The notes: a model not told the origin generated them from the letters alone. Counted from the first letter of the stretch, positions 13,713 through 26,541 are shown. The stretch is DNA of 64,000 nucleotides from Priapulus caudatus (GCF_000485595.1 NW_014577085.1:147138-211137), one strand, 5' to 3'. Numbers and translations are program-made.

Positions 13713-13854
13713 GCGTTAGTTGTTATCAAGTTGTTACGTTATATAGTTATTATCATACATGTATTATTTATCATTTATACATGTATTAATTTAGCTCTTA
13801 GTATTATCTCTACCGGATTACCCCGCCCCATGCAGTCTCTTAGCTGTTCCCTGT

Positions 13855-13883
<29 letters not shown>

Positions 13884-13885
<2 letters not shown>

Positions 13886-13923
13886 AGAGTCCATAATAGA
13901 AAATTTCCTATTATGGACTCTTT
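13884..13923. mobile_element. 40-bp near-perfect palindrome, related subfamily, in (TA)n
   Basis: CAAGAGTCCATAATAGAAAATTTCCTATTATGGACTCTTT, with two mismatches. Confidence 0.7.
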
Positions 13924-14094
13924 ATATATATACACACACATTATGTATATATCATACAATACATAGTAAGTTTAATATGTTCACGATTGTAGGCCCTACG
14001 CCTGTGGCCTACGCCAAAGGCCAAAAGCAAGAGGCACGGTCTATTGTCATCGTCGCCACAGTTGAGATTTTGATTTGGGAAAGTTCGGCCGCGT

Positions 14095-14109
14095 GCTGCC
14101 ATCTAGTGG
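14095..14109. promoter_or_regulatory. CTCF-like motif
   Basis: GCTGCCATCTAGTGG resembles the CTCF core. Motif match only. Confidence 0.25.
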
Positions 14110-14596
14110 GAAATAGTATATAAACTTCATGTTTGTGGTGTTTGCATGCTGTTGCTGTCACAGTACTGTGTAAGTTATGTAACAACAGAGCACTTTGGTT
14201 ATACATAAAAACTGTAATTGTGTATTCAGAAATGAATAGGGACTATATTATTAGCTAACTGCGATGATAATGAGTTTTAGTTAGTTGTGCATTCATAATA
14301 CTGCTGTAAGCGTCTAAAGTCACGTAGGCCTATGGTATGTGTGACTTTTCTCGATAATAATAATATTAATAATACTCTTGTCATTCGCTAAAGAAATGGT
14401 AACGAACAGCCAACAATAACAAAAACAGAACAAAATTTAACACTGTTAATACTAATAATAACACACAGTATATCTATACGCCAGTGAGTTTAACAATTCG
14501 GTTTTGTACGCTATAGTCTATTTGACAAAATTAGTGGTAAACTAGGCCTACTAAACAGAAGACACCACGCTACGGTCGGAAGCATGCATGACTAGG

Positions 14597-14898
14597 GCTG
14601 AGAGGGTCTATGTCCCCCGGGGTACTGCCGGAACGTACCCTGGGTACGGTCCGGTATACCGGAACGTACCCTGGTACTATCTAATATGCCGGACCGTACC
14701 TCGCCTACTCCACTAACGAGTCTAGGGAGTCGCCTACGCCTACTCACTAACCCTAACCCTAACCTGAACCATAACCCTAACCCTAACCCTAATCCTAACC
14801 CTAACCATATCAAATAGGGACCAGGGTACGTTCCGGTATACCGGACCGTACCCAGGGTACGTTCCGGCAGTACCCTTGGGGACATAGACCCTATGAGC
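14597..14898. mobile_element. MITE with long TIRs, internal (TAACCC)n core and 9-bp TSD
   Basis: It has ~80-bp imperfect TIRs (GCTGAGAGGGTCTATGTCCCC... / ...GGGGACATAGACCCTATGAGC). TSD ATGACTAGG lies at 14588-14596 and 14899-14907. Confidence 0.9.
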
Positions 14899-15043
14899 AT
14901 GACTAGGCCCTAGGCCAAATTAGTAATTTGATTTTGATTTTATTCGCGTATCATAAACTAGGGTGCATAGCCTCAAGGTAAATATGTTGCAATATTAATC
15001 AAACTGTCACGATTATGGCCCACAATAAAAAAAGCTAACGTTT

Positions 15044-15243
15044 CATTAGGAGTGTTCCCAACTTTGATATCATTAATGATGAATGATTAATGATTAATGA
15101 TTAATGATTGATAATCCTAACCCTAACCCTAACCCTAATCTAAATGACATTAAACCACAAACTAATATATGACCAATATATATATGTATATATATGTTAT
15201 TATGACCATTATAAGGACATTAAAGTCAGGAACACTCATAATG
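15044..15243. mobile_element. Small TIR element with internal (CCTAAC)n
   Basis: It has imperfect ~32-bp inverted ends: CATTAGGAGTGTTCCCAACTTTGATATCATTA versus the reverse complement CATTATGAGTGTTCCTGACTTTAATGTCCTTA. There is no clear TSD. Confidence 0.65.
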
Positions 15244-15396
15244 GAGTATCACCCATAAAAAAGTTGTATGTCAGGTAGAGGCAGCTAATTGCTAGTAGTA
15301 GTATTAGTTCTTATTACACAACTGACAAGCAGTTAAGTTCATGTGTACCTAGGCTAGTATTACATGTTCGTTTCGTGGGCTTGACACTAGATACTC

Positions 15397-15496
15397 TGGT
15401 CCTAGTCTAGAAGACATGTCCCACAATACTTCATGTCTACAATACAATACAATACACAGATGAACACAATGGGTCATGTCTTCTAGACTAGCGCCA
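15397..15496. mobile_element. 100-bp MITE with 6-bp TSD
   Basis: TIRs are TGGTCCTAGTCTAGAAGACATGTCCCA / TGGGTCATGTCTTCTAGACTAGCGCCA. ATACTC is duplicated at 15391-15396 and 15497-15502. Confidence 0.75.
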
Positions 15497-17306
15497 ATAC
15501 TCCCTAGATACAATAAGGTAACACTGCAAACCTGCTAGGAGAGTTAGGTTATTATATATAGTACTACATACGCAATATTCAGTTGTCACGTTGGGAGAGT
15601 TGTGTATCTGTCCGTCTAATTTGTTGTGCATGTACTTTTCTAATGCAAGATCGGGGCTGCAGTACAAACATTCCTTTACATAGTGCCTACATGTATTTGA
15701 CTAGCTCGATGAAATAGCTTATAAACCATATGTTATGATGCATGTGCAGTACACCAGTTTAGCTGCCAATGCCCATACAAATACATAGTATAGAAATAAA
15801 TATCAAGGGTTGAAAGTGCAATAGCACATGAATGTAGAGAGTTATAATGAATCAAGTCAGGTTGTAGGTTAAAGGGAAAGTATTTAATAGAATCTCCTAT
15901 GATTACTATCTTTTGAAAGGAGTACCAGGTTCTTCTTGTAGAGACAGATCCTACTCTGGAGTAGTATCATGCTGTCCAGTCCAATTAATTCCTAAACCCA
16001 CACGATCGAGCTTGTGCTGATCAGTGTATTACAATTGATTGTGGTAGAGACAATTCATCTGGTTCAGTGTTTTTTTTATTATAGTTTTCACACAGAAAGC
16101 ACAGTGAGGCAAGACACTGTTTGTAAGAAAAGATTCTTTAAAAAACAATCTTGACAGTAACAGTAAAACTGTCGATCGAACAATCATGATTGAATAAATT
16201 ACAAGAGTTGTTATCTAACGCTCTCTGACTTGAATGTCTCGGTTTCGAAAAGAAGGGCGTAAAATGTCGAAATTTACTGAATTTGCTATGCGTGGATTGG
16301 TTTGCGCAACCTATGTAATTCCCTCGTAATTCTACTGTAGACACGTCAGATGTGCATATAATTTATAATTTAGTATTCATGGAGGCAGCGGTTTTTAAAA
16401 CAATTAAAGTGTCTGATATCTAATTAAGACCCCATTGGCATCGTTAACATGTTAATTTGCTCTTGATGTAATGGAGTGTAGTAAAAGCATTAATGTAAAA
16501 CTAGTACTACAATTATCAATTCTATGTTGAGCACTCTATTGAATTCAACAATATCTGCTTTAGCTTCCTGATGTTGAATATCAGCAGAAAAAGCATTATG
16601 TGTTATCACAAGTATTTATCTGCTAGGCTGATCCATCATTAGTACGATGCGTTTTTGGCTTCATTCACCACGTGACTGAGTGTGGACCAGAGCATGTAAT
16701 ATTGCCAATCTGAAATAGATGGCTCAAGAGCATCAAATATGAAAAACAACAATACAGGAAATGTGAAATGTGATATTAATTTTTGTGTTTTGTTGGGAGT
16801 TATGAGGCAGGTACTAATAGAGTAATCTATTGTAAATATCTATTTGTATAGTTGTTAATTTGTTGGTGTTAAAATGGAAAAAAAACCGATTTGCAACTAT
16901 TTCATCAGATGGGAAGATTGGTACGGTTATTGCTATTCTAGATTGTATTTAGATTTTATGTATTATTGATAATTTAGTAAAAAGTTTACCAATAACATTG
17001 TGAGGTTTATTACAGTTATCACAGCTGTTATCACAGGTTATGAACTTCTTATAGCTTCATATCAATTGTTATAAACTATACGCTTTGCTACATAGCTACA
17101 AGGTCATACAAAATGTTAATATTTTTGCATACATGTACGTTTATAGTCCTATACCTCACCTTCCTGTTGCTGTAATATTTTAATGCTAAATCATCCTGCC
17201 AGCTTCATACACATGTGCATTTTAAATAGGATTTGGCATAAAATTCTTCTCGGAAACGGACTGAAAAAAAACTTCTTACAATTTCTTATTTGCCTAGATG
17301 TGTCAG

Positions 17307-17346
17307 CAGGAGTTAATAAAGACAAATTTGTCTTTATTAACTCCTG
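17307..17346. mobile_element. 40-bp perfect palindrome with 7-bp TSD, identical to 12444-12483
   Basis: The same 40-mer, flanked by GTGTCAG on both sides. Confidence 0.85.
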
Positions 17347-17941
17347 GTGTCAGTATAGTAAAGCATAGGCAGTGAATGACATGGAAGGTTTCCTCTTATA
17401 GGTAATAAATTAAAATTAATCAGCATAACTGACAATGCTCATATTATGACAGTAATAGTGTAATGATGTACGCAGCACATACACTAGGATTCAAATGTTA
17501 TAATGCAGACTCACACTTTTGTCTGTTCTTAGGGAGATAGGCACCACTGTTTACTGTAGCTGTGCTCAGCAAGGGGACGGCAGGACAGCGATGAGGGATC
17601 TACCGTGCTTGCCACTCGACATTTCCCTTCCTCACGACATTCTGCACAGGAGACGTAATGCATTCTCGTTGACCTGTGACAGTGAGAATGCAGTCATCTA
17701 TGAAACACTTCCACGAGCCCAGGTACATGAGTTAGACACATTCTGTAGTGTATATGTCACCTGTTTGCGTTTTCTGCTCGTCAGAATCGAGACAGAAGAT
17801 GTTGACAAATGAATGATGCCTTGCCTGTGACAAACTGGTAGGTATGTACCAGTTTGTCTATTTATGAGGGTTATCATGTCAACACTTGTATGAAATATGA
17901 CTACTGTGTATTTCTTCTATCAGTTAGTATTCAAAGTGTGA

Positions 17942-18002
17942 CAGTGTGCCACAAAGCAACTTTTTTCGCAACTTAAGAAAAAAATTGCTTTGTGGCACAC
18001 TG
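17942..18002. repeat. 61-bp hairpin (inverted repeat), possibly a MITE remnant
   Basis: Perfect 18-bp arms CAGTGTGCCACAAAGCAA / TTGCTTTGTGGCACACTG, extendable with one mismatch. There is no TSD. Confidence 0.7.
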
Positions 18003-19197
18003 TTTTTTTGTTTGTTTGTTTGTTCGGTTACTTTATTTTATACTGGACTCGAGGGTTTTTAAATCCACATGAGTAGAAACCCACTCCAGGAATCTGGCTC
18101 GGTCCAGTTTTTGGCAGTCACACTGTGAATTTGTTTATGCTATGCTGAACTCTTTGGCTGTTCTCCTGATGGCATATTGAATATGTAAATGTAAATTAGC
18201 ATAAATTCTTACTTGCGTTAGTCAAGCCGAATGTGAGGTAGTCCAGTAACATATATGGGAGTTCCACATCAACAGCAAAACAATGCATGAGGACTTGATA
18301 TGGTTCAAAGTAAATTACTGCAGTTTCTGTTGTAGTTCCCTGTGCGGTTCATTAAATGTCAGTATAGCCTACAACCAGGAACTGTGACTGATGTTCTTTA
18401 ATATATGAACTGACAGAAACCGTTGAGATAAGAACACAGACCGTAACTGTCCATGACATGTGAAGCCTTTCACAGTTGATAGCTAATACACATCGATCAC
18501 TTTGCGCTCCTACGACTTCTTGTAATTCTAAGTAACTGTAGAAAACTATAGAAGTTTGGAACGATCCCCCAGCCTCTTGTTTTAAAATTCTTCACAATTG
18601 CTAGAAGTTGAGAGGTTTTGGACCAGTCCTTGGAAAGCCATCACGTCTGATGGTATTGCACCAATAATTGTTTTGAAAATGAAGCGTACTGGGTAATGTT
18701 CAGACGATCTTTAATTGCGTAAGTGATGGGAAACCCGGTTGCGACTTTTTAAAATCCAGCAGCTGCAGATGAAGTAGTACAGTACACAGTACGTTGGCTT
18801 TCTTGCTGGAATATTGATTTGTTGGTTAGCTGCCCACAAAAATCATTCCGTCCGAACATTTTATTTCCTTAGTGCGGGAACTATTAGAAGTTTCATGCTT
18901 AACTTTGATGAAGGCACCGCTCTGTTTTTTATCTTGATAGTTTTAAATTAAGTCGGTGGGGAAGCCCTCAGTTGGTGGCATTAATGAGTTGAACATTTCA
19001 GTCAGAATGGTCGGGACGCGTGCTATTTCTTTTGGTGTATCCTTTGACAAGGCACTTCACTCTCGTTATTTTGGTAAATATTGCTTTCATGTACAAGTGT
19101 CCATTGCTACTCTTATTTGGATTAATCTTCAGTTTCTCTCTCCACAGAAATCTTGGTCAGGGTAAAACCTAAAAAAATCCACAAATAAATACCCATT

Positions 19198-19505
19198 AAC
19201 TAGACAGAGTGCACTCACAGAGAGTGCATACCTCCGCCAGCGACATACGCCATACGCCATACGAATCACGAACACACGAATACCGGACGATATACGCCAG
19301 TGTGCTCGCTCGCTCGTAGCAGCCGCTCGTTGCTGCTGCTCGCTGACATGTACATGCTCGCTGGCTCGCTGCGCTGGCTGGCTCGCTGACTCGACGCGCT
19401 AATATCGATCGCGCGAACACACTAACACACTAACACACTAAAACACGAGCACACGAGAGCGAAAACATAACCTCTCCTCCAACTCCGTTGGGCGGAGGTA
19501 ATAAA
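19198..19505 (-). mobile_element. Short Helentron-like (HINE-type) element, different family
   Basis: Minus strand: 5' TTTATTACCTCCGCC...GGAGAGGTTATGTTTT and short repeats; 3' GGCGGAGGTA (inverted to the 5' motif), hairpin TGCACTCTCTGTGAGTGCA and CTAGTT. Confidence 0.75.
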
Positions 19506-19774
19506 GCAGGAAAACGCCACGTTTATTTGTGACAGCACACAGCTGTCTTTTATGGGGAAACGGACTGAACTCAGTTTCTGGTAAGTGGTCGCTGTAAAAT
19601 CACGGTTGTAATTTCTTAGGAATCCATTTTATTCAATACATTCGTGCGTACCACTTATGGCATGTTAACCTGGCTATGGAACAGCCGTGTCCAATAAGCA
19701 AATGCAACGGTTTATTGACCGTGTGGTAGGTTGCTTGTGGCCTTTCACCTCACGCATCTTCACGTGTATTTGAC

Positions 19775-20248
19775 GCTGGAGAGGGTCTATGTCCCCGGTC
19801 TGCCGAAACGATACCCTGGGTGAGGTCCGTGTAGTACCGGAACGCAAGGCCGTACACGTTTCGAGAATTTTTGTACAGGGGGCAAATACGCAGAATAATT
19901 TCTGTATGGGGGGAGGGGGGCAACACAGGTACATCCCCACGCCTCTATTGCCCTATTTGTCCCATTAAGAGGCTACTTTAGAAATCTTAGGGGGGGGGGG
20001 GCAACTGCCCTGCTGTCCCATGACGTATCAGGTCGCGTACATAGCCGGAACGTACCCTGGTACTATCTAATATGCCGACCGTACGACCCGCCTACTCCAC
20101 TAACGAGTTCTAGGGAGTCGCCTACGCCTACTCCCTAACCCAACCCCAACCCTAACCTCTAATCCTAATCACATCCTAACCCTAACCATATCAAATAGTG
20201 ACCAGGGTACGTTCCGGCAGTACCCTGGGGGACATAGACCCTATGAGC
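19775..20248. mobile_element. Second copy of the TAACCC-core MITE, carrying a nested ~190-bp insertion
   Basis: It has the same termini and core as 14597-14898. The TSD is TGTATT(T)GAC / TGTATTGAC. Extra sequence at ~19845-20036 is absent from copy 1. Confidence 0.85.
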
Positions 20249-20569
20249 TGTATTGACAGCTTCAACATCATGATTGCAAGCAGTAAGCGGTATGCGGACT
20301 GAACGCTGCTGCCATCTGTCGTCACTGCGATTGCTGGATAGCGGCGAGAGAGATTTTGCGGTGGAGTGGCTGGCTTGGTGTGCTCGAGTGAGCAGAAGAC
20401 GACTTAAGCTCGCCGCTAGGTGCAATTAACGTGCTGCGTTTGGAATGCGTACAGTTAGAAATGGAAAGTGGGAGTGTAACTAAGGCATACAGTTTTCACC
20501 GTTCACCAATTCGATCACATTAGTAATAGTATACGTTAAAAATTGCAACTTCTTGCGTCTTGAGTTCTT

Positions 20570-20803
20570 GCGAGACAGAGACAGATAGAGAAAGAAAGAT
20601 AGAGAGAGCGAGAGAGAGAGAGAGAGAGAGAGAAGAGAATGAGAGAGCGAGAGAGGGGGAGCGCGTGCGCGAGAGAGGAGAGGGAGAGCGCGAGTTAGAG
20701 AGGTGGGGGGGGGGAGCACGTACACGCTCGCGAGAGAGAGAGCGTGAGAGATATTGCAAGGGAGACTCTGAGAGAGGAAGAGGAAGAGGGAGCGGGAGCA
20801 GGG

Positions 20804-20836
<33 letters not shown>

Positions 20837-20860
20837 CAAAAGCGAGGGAGAGAGGGCGAA
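20570..20860. repeat. (GA)n-rich purine tract
   Basis: Direct inspection. Confidence 0.9.
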
Positions 20861-23800
20861 GGCCAGATGCACAGAAACGAGTATATTTGTTATGCTGTTG
20901 CAATCAGGTGCACATCATCTCAGCTGAATTGCGGCCAATCCTTTAAGGATATATTTGCATTCCCATCTATACGCAAATGTGCACAAAAACGTGTATTTGT
21001 CTGTTGGCGTGTGCATGTGCGTGTACGTACGTGCGCGCGTGTGTGTAGCTTTGGGCTTCGTAAACCTCATCAATATTTCTTCCTCGTCAAACTGCTGCTG
21101 TTAGCGAAGGGAGTGAATAGCATGCATTTACTTCTCTCCTGCTGAATAATGGCAGAAATGGCAATATAATTCAATTATAGTCACAGCATACCATTTTCTT
21201 TGCTAGGCTTGTAATATTTTCTCCGAGTTCTCATTCATATATATGGCATTTTAATGATCAGATTATCACCTATCTCTTCAGTGCCGTGTTATCTATCTAA
21301 TTATGCTGTTCTCCAAAGATGTGATATTTTTTGCAATATGATAGCTTCATGCTCAAGACAAATATATCACTGCCTTCTAGCCTGTACCTATATGCAAAAG
21401 TCTGTGAATTTAATGAAATACTATTATCAAGACCATATAAATCAAATTAATTTATACACTGTTCATGTATGTATAAAGCGTAACAGACCAGACCACACCT
21501 CTTCCTAGTGTGATACGTTATTTCTTCGGCCCAAGTGATTAATCTTGAGTAACTGCTGATTAAACATACGTTTTAATTGCTGGCGAGTAGGCAGTTGCCG
21601 ACACAGACAGGGTGATGTAAGAAGCTGATAAAGGAGACACTGCAGGATTTTCAATGCCTATAATGAGCTGCAGTTTTGGAATAGTGCCAGCGTTGATGGA
21701 CATTGTGAGACAAATATCTCCCGACGCATCTTTGACATACGTTTTCGCAACACTTTTAAAACGTATATATTGTTAAAAAGAAGCATGCAGCATCAGTTGA
21801 TAATTACTAAACGGATTACGAAGTTACCGAATTACTAAAACTAGTTTTTGCCTTCGCATGGACTGTCATTTCACTTGCTTTTATGCCATTTAATTTATTG
21901 CAAAAAAAACTTGTATATATAGGGCTCATTGTGAGATGAATATACAGAAAGGTAATGATTTCAAAAGAACAGCTGTTGTTAACAAGACATGGTATAAGGT
22001 GCAAATCATATTCCAAAAAATGAATTCTACGAAATAAATAACTGAATTCTTGGGTTCTTTGTTAAATGCCCTCCTTCCCTTCTTAAAAACACGTCAATTC
22101 TAAATAGAAACAAACTGTATAATTTGTGGTCCCAATTGATTGAGTGTAAGTTTCAAACACAGGAACTGGGCTATCCCAGAAAATAGAACTTTAGTTAATA
22201 ATGAATTCAATGTTTTTCAAACGCTTGTCAGTGCTTGTGTGCTCTATATTGCCAAACAACACAAACTGCCTGTGCAATCTCATCTCACGCCACCATTACA
22301 CACGTGTTAAAATAGGAGGCAAGTGGGAAACCATGCATGATGAAATGTACGACCTCTTGCTTGATTGCACCCAATTACCATTCTACATTTCATTAATAAC
22401 TCGCCCATCTTGGTTTCTATGTAAAGGCATGTATTCACTTGTTAAATTAAATTAACATGCAATTGCAGTTCGTAAATTCGCATTACAAATTTACAATATA
22501 AAATCATGCAGAGTGGAGAAGCTCTCTTATTTGCTTACTTCGCTTCTCCCCAAAGGGTAACTGACTGAAAGGACAGAATGGCTTATATTTAAGACCTGTG
22601 CTGAATTTCAGAGCACGACTTCAGTAGTCATATCCCTGTATGCATGCGGTGCTTGCAGCTAAGATGATTTGCATTGCATTGACGACAATACGCAAGTTAC
22701 TTAGTGAATACTGCCGCGAGAGATTCCACGGTTTATAAGTTTAATTATTATTAGGTACTACAAACAACGTCGACGTTTTTAATATGCGCTAGCTACTAAT
22801 GATCTGGTACCCTTGGGGAATGGAGAAGCCATTAGATAGACAATTACATTATCTATCGAGGTCATTCTGTATTCGATGGAGCAAATAAAAAGTGAACATT
22901 TACACAGCATTTTTTAATCCAGAGATTTTAGTTATGTGTATGATAGAGATTTTACCATGTATAGTAGGGAGTAAATTTACTATAACATACTATTTCTATT
23001 ACTGGTATCATGTCCCATAGGAATAATTAGTACGTAAGTAAGTGTATCATAATGATCTTATTTGCAACATACTAACATAAATGAATAAAAACGTTTTTTG
23101 TCGGTTTTTATTCACTCTAATCAGGGTTTCTTCTGAGGGGAAATTAGACAACGGAGCTAATGGCCAGACAAAGGAGGTAATGGCCAGTTTGGGAAAATAC
23201 GCCTCTAAATATGCCAGTGCACGTTTGGGTTTTGGCGATGTCAAATTTGACAACGGCGGTGCGCCACTGTGCCTATTATGTATATTATGGTTATGTAGAA
23301 ACGCTGCTCTTGATACGAATTATTTGTTTTCTGACATGGTTCTCTAAGTGCATGTAGTAAACAGCACATGAACCGTGTGACGTGTATAGTTTATGTGCCC
23401 GTGAAGTAGTCTAATGGGCGTATAAAATGTGGTCTTCTGACTTCTGTTCTTGAGCCGAAACCAGCTTAGACTTCCAAACAAACAGGTGGCCATGATTTGA
23501 AGGAGTACTGATTGCCTGTGCAAGTGCTTGTGAATGCTGCTATGCAGGGACAAATGGCACAGTAGTCATCTGATTGATTTTAACCTTCAACAAAGCTTAG
23601 TGCGAAGCCACACACGGACGCATACATATTCAGTTATTTATGAATGAATGGATAAATAAATGAATAAAAAAATAAAAAATGTATATTGATAAATATGTAT
23701 ATATATGCTGTGTTAGGGCGTGTTGGGTTGGGAGCACAATCCCGTGCTACATTGCCCTACTGTATGCTGTCGCTTCTAGCATGCGCTGCGTGTAAATTAA

Positions 23801-26097
23801 TCGGTGACAGCGCCCTATCTACTTGACGTCCTAAAATGGGCGAGACCCATAGTGCCAAGCGTCTGTTTAGTACATGTGAGCGCCGTGCCAATTACTCTTG
23901 GCGTCATCAAGCTCAACGTAGGGCAGAACCGTTGAGCGTCCTCACTCGGCAAGCAGCCGAAGTCGCATCAGAGTGGCTCACTGCAACTCGATAAGCATCG
24001 GCGTGTATGCCGTCGGACGCGTGCATGCGGCGTAGTCAAACAAGCACCTTACCACGCAGGAAGGGCTCATAAAAACATGACTAGAAGTACGAGCAACGCT
24101 ATTGATCATCGCAATAAAGAATCTGCTTCAAGAATCAACCCGAAGCTCAGAAAGCACAGTAGTTCGTTCATTCTTCGGATAACTTTGGTGAAGAAAAGAG
24201 ACAGTTGTCACATTCAGTCGTTTACGTGGAGCTGTGCCGACGATATATGTGCGAATATATTAACGTGTGTAAAATCGGGGAAATTGACTAATAAATGAAA
24301 CCTACGAGGCTACGTGTGTCATCCCTGAATTGCGTTAGCCTTTTATTTGCGATGCTCGACTTCGAGGAATTTTGAATTGATGGAAAGTTAATGCGGGATG
24401 CTGAGCTGTCGGTACTAGTAGTAGTAGGTCCGTGCCTAGCTCTGATCCTCTTTGGCTACGTAATGTAACTAATGTAATTGTAACTCAGCTGTTCTAGAGT
24501 CCGCTTTAATTTTTTAATTTTTTAATTTTTAAGCGAGGGCCTCCTTAAAATCTTTTTATTGATTTCCAAGCGCCAATTGACCTTGCAAACCTAGGTCAGC
24601 CTTTTTTGGTTTTGTTCAAATCGTAGTGTTTTAACTCGTGAGAGGCATAGCGCTGTATTGCGCAAAAGGGCTTCAGCAGTTTTTTGGGGGTGCTTAAAGG
24701 GATACTACACTCGAGGATTTTATGGTACAGCATAAATAATAGTATATACCTACAAATTTCTATAATCACGCATTCACATTTGTCATAAAACAACAGTGAG
24801 TTTTGAAATCTACATTTTTGGCTGCCGACATGACACCCCGCGATTGTGGTGCCAACCTGACGAAGCTGCGCTTTTTCCGGTTTATTTTGCAGGTTACAGA
24901 CCGACAGCTAATCACAAAAGAGCTATAATAGTTATACCTCACTGCTATTTAAACAAATAATATTTATTTTAGGACAAATTCGTCCATATTATAACTGGAT
25001 CTAAAAGTCGTTTATAAGATATTGCAATCCTTGTCCTACTCGTAAATTAATAAATTAGAAACACCCTCGGCCTGTAGCCTGCAGCCGAAAAAATGCGATG
25101 CGCAAATTTGAAAGTAGATGAGCTAGTAGTGTCGCCACCATCGTTGTAAGTAATGATTCAGCCGTTAGTTTTAAAATATTAAAAAATATTTCTAATCAAT
25201 ATTGAACAATGAAAATTTTTATGTTGCGTAATTTAATCTATTTCAACTGAAAATATGCAAGAAACCTAGGGGTCATGTGTCTCTTTGAGCTAAGCATCTG
25301 CTGTTGATGAATTGACTGAAACTTAAGACGTACCTACATACTTAATGTCTGAAACTAGGTAGGCTTACTACAAACAGAACGTCACTGATGGCCTGCTGTT
25401 TGATGGTGCGGTACAAAGTCCTTAGTAATTTTGGTAATAACGTTGCGTGGGATTACAATTTGTGTGCACATGCAGTCTTTGCGGCACATGCAAGAGAGGT
25501 CGATCCCGTGAGAAATACAAAGGTGCTGTGTCCTTGTTGCTCTACCGCCCTTAAAAATCTATTGAACAAATTACACAGTGTGCGGAATGCATCAGTCCTG
25601 TCCAGTCGATTTCTCATCTGAACAGACGTGGCCACTGGCCTTTAAATCTACGCGTCATTTCTTGGTGGTAGACCAGAAATGTCCTACAAGTGTGTTACAA
25701 GCATTATGAGGTGCAACGGGGCACACGTGACACGGCGATGAATAACGTGTCACGTCAAAACATAACGTGAATTCTAGCCCTACAGTGCGCTCACACCAAC
25801 GGGTGGGGAAGCAAGAACAAACTTTGATCACTTTAGAACCATCATTGTTACCGGCTACCAACATTGTCTGAACCTTATTTATATTTATATATATACAGTG
25901 TCTCTCAGTTGTTCAGCCGAATGTGTGTGTTCGCGCATAACTAGAGAACTCCGCAGCCTAGAGGAAAACTGGTGGTTCTGGCTGAAACAAAAATTTAAAA
26001 AAGTTAAAAAGTTAAACATTCATACAAAATTCTATTGATCAATAGATGGCGGTCACGTACGTACACACAACATCACGTCTGAATCCATGGTGTATAA

Positions 26098-26175
26098 ACG
26101 TAATGGCGCAGTGGTCTCATCAGTACAACATCCGTCTGCTACACCTGGATTCCGGGTTCGAGTCCCAACTGGGAA
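26098..26175 (+). mobile_element. tRNA-derived SINE-like head or tRNA pseudogene
   Basis: Pol III A-box TGGCGCAGTGG (26104-26114) and B-box GGTTCGAGTCC (26155-26165) at tRNA-like spacing. There is no clean cloverleaf, and the downstream sequence runs into the N gap. Confidence 0.6.
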
Positions 26176-26220
26176 ACTTATTTTCCCTTTTTTTCCTTTT
26201 TTCCCTTTACCTACCTCTTT

Positions 26221-26541
26221 NNNNNNNNNNNNNNNNNNNNNNNNNNNNNNNNNNNNNNNNNNNNNNNNNNNNNNNNNNNNNNNNNNNNNNNNNNNNNNNN
26301 NNNNNNNNNNNNNNNNNNNNNNNNNNNNNNNNNNNNNNNNNNNNNNNNNNNNNNNNNNNNNNNNNNNNNNNNNNNNNNNNNNNNNNNNNNNNNNNNNNNN
26401 NNNNNNNNNNNNNNNNNNNNNNNNNNNNNNNNNNNNNNNNNNNNNNNNNNNNNNNNNNNNNNNNNNNNNNNNNNNNNNNNNNNNNNNNNNNNNNNNNNNN
26501 NNNNNNNNNNNNNNNNNNNNNNNNNNNNNNNNNNNNNNNNN
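26221..26541. other. Assembly gap
   Basis: Run of N. Confidence 1.

Noticed and set aside
14745..14810. Telomere or chromosome end
   Set aside because: The short TAACCC run is internal to a TIR element with TSDs.
17533..17838. Two plus-strand exon-like segments (MRDLPCLPLDISLPHDILHRRRNAFS...)
   Set aside because: Splice sites are plausible, but the joined frame stops after a few codons and there is no recognisable domain.
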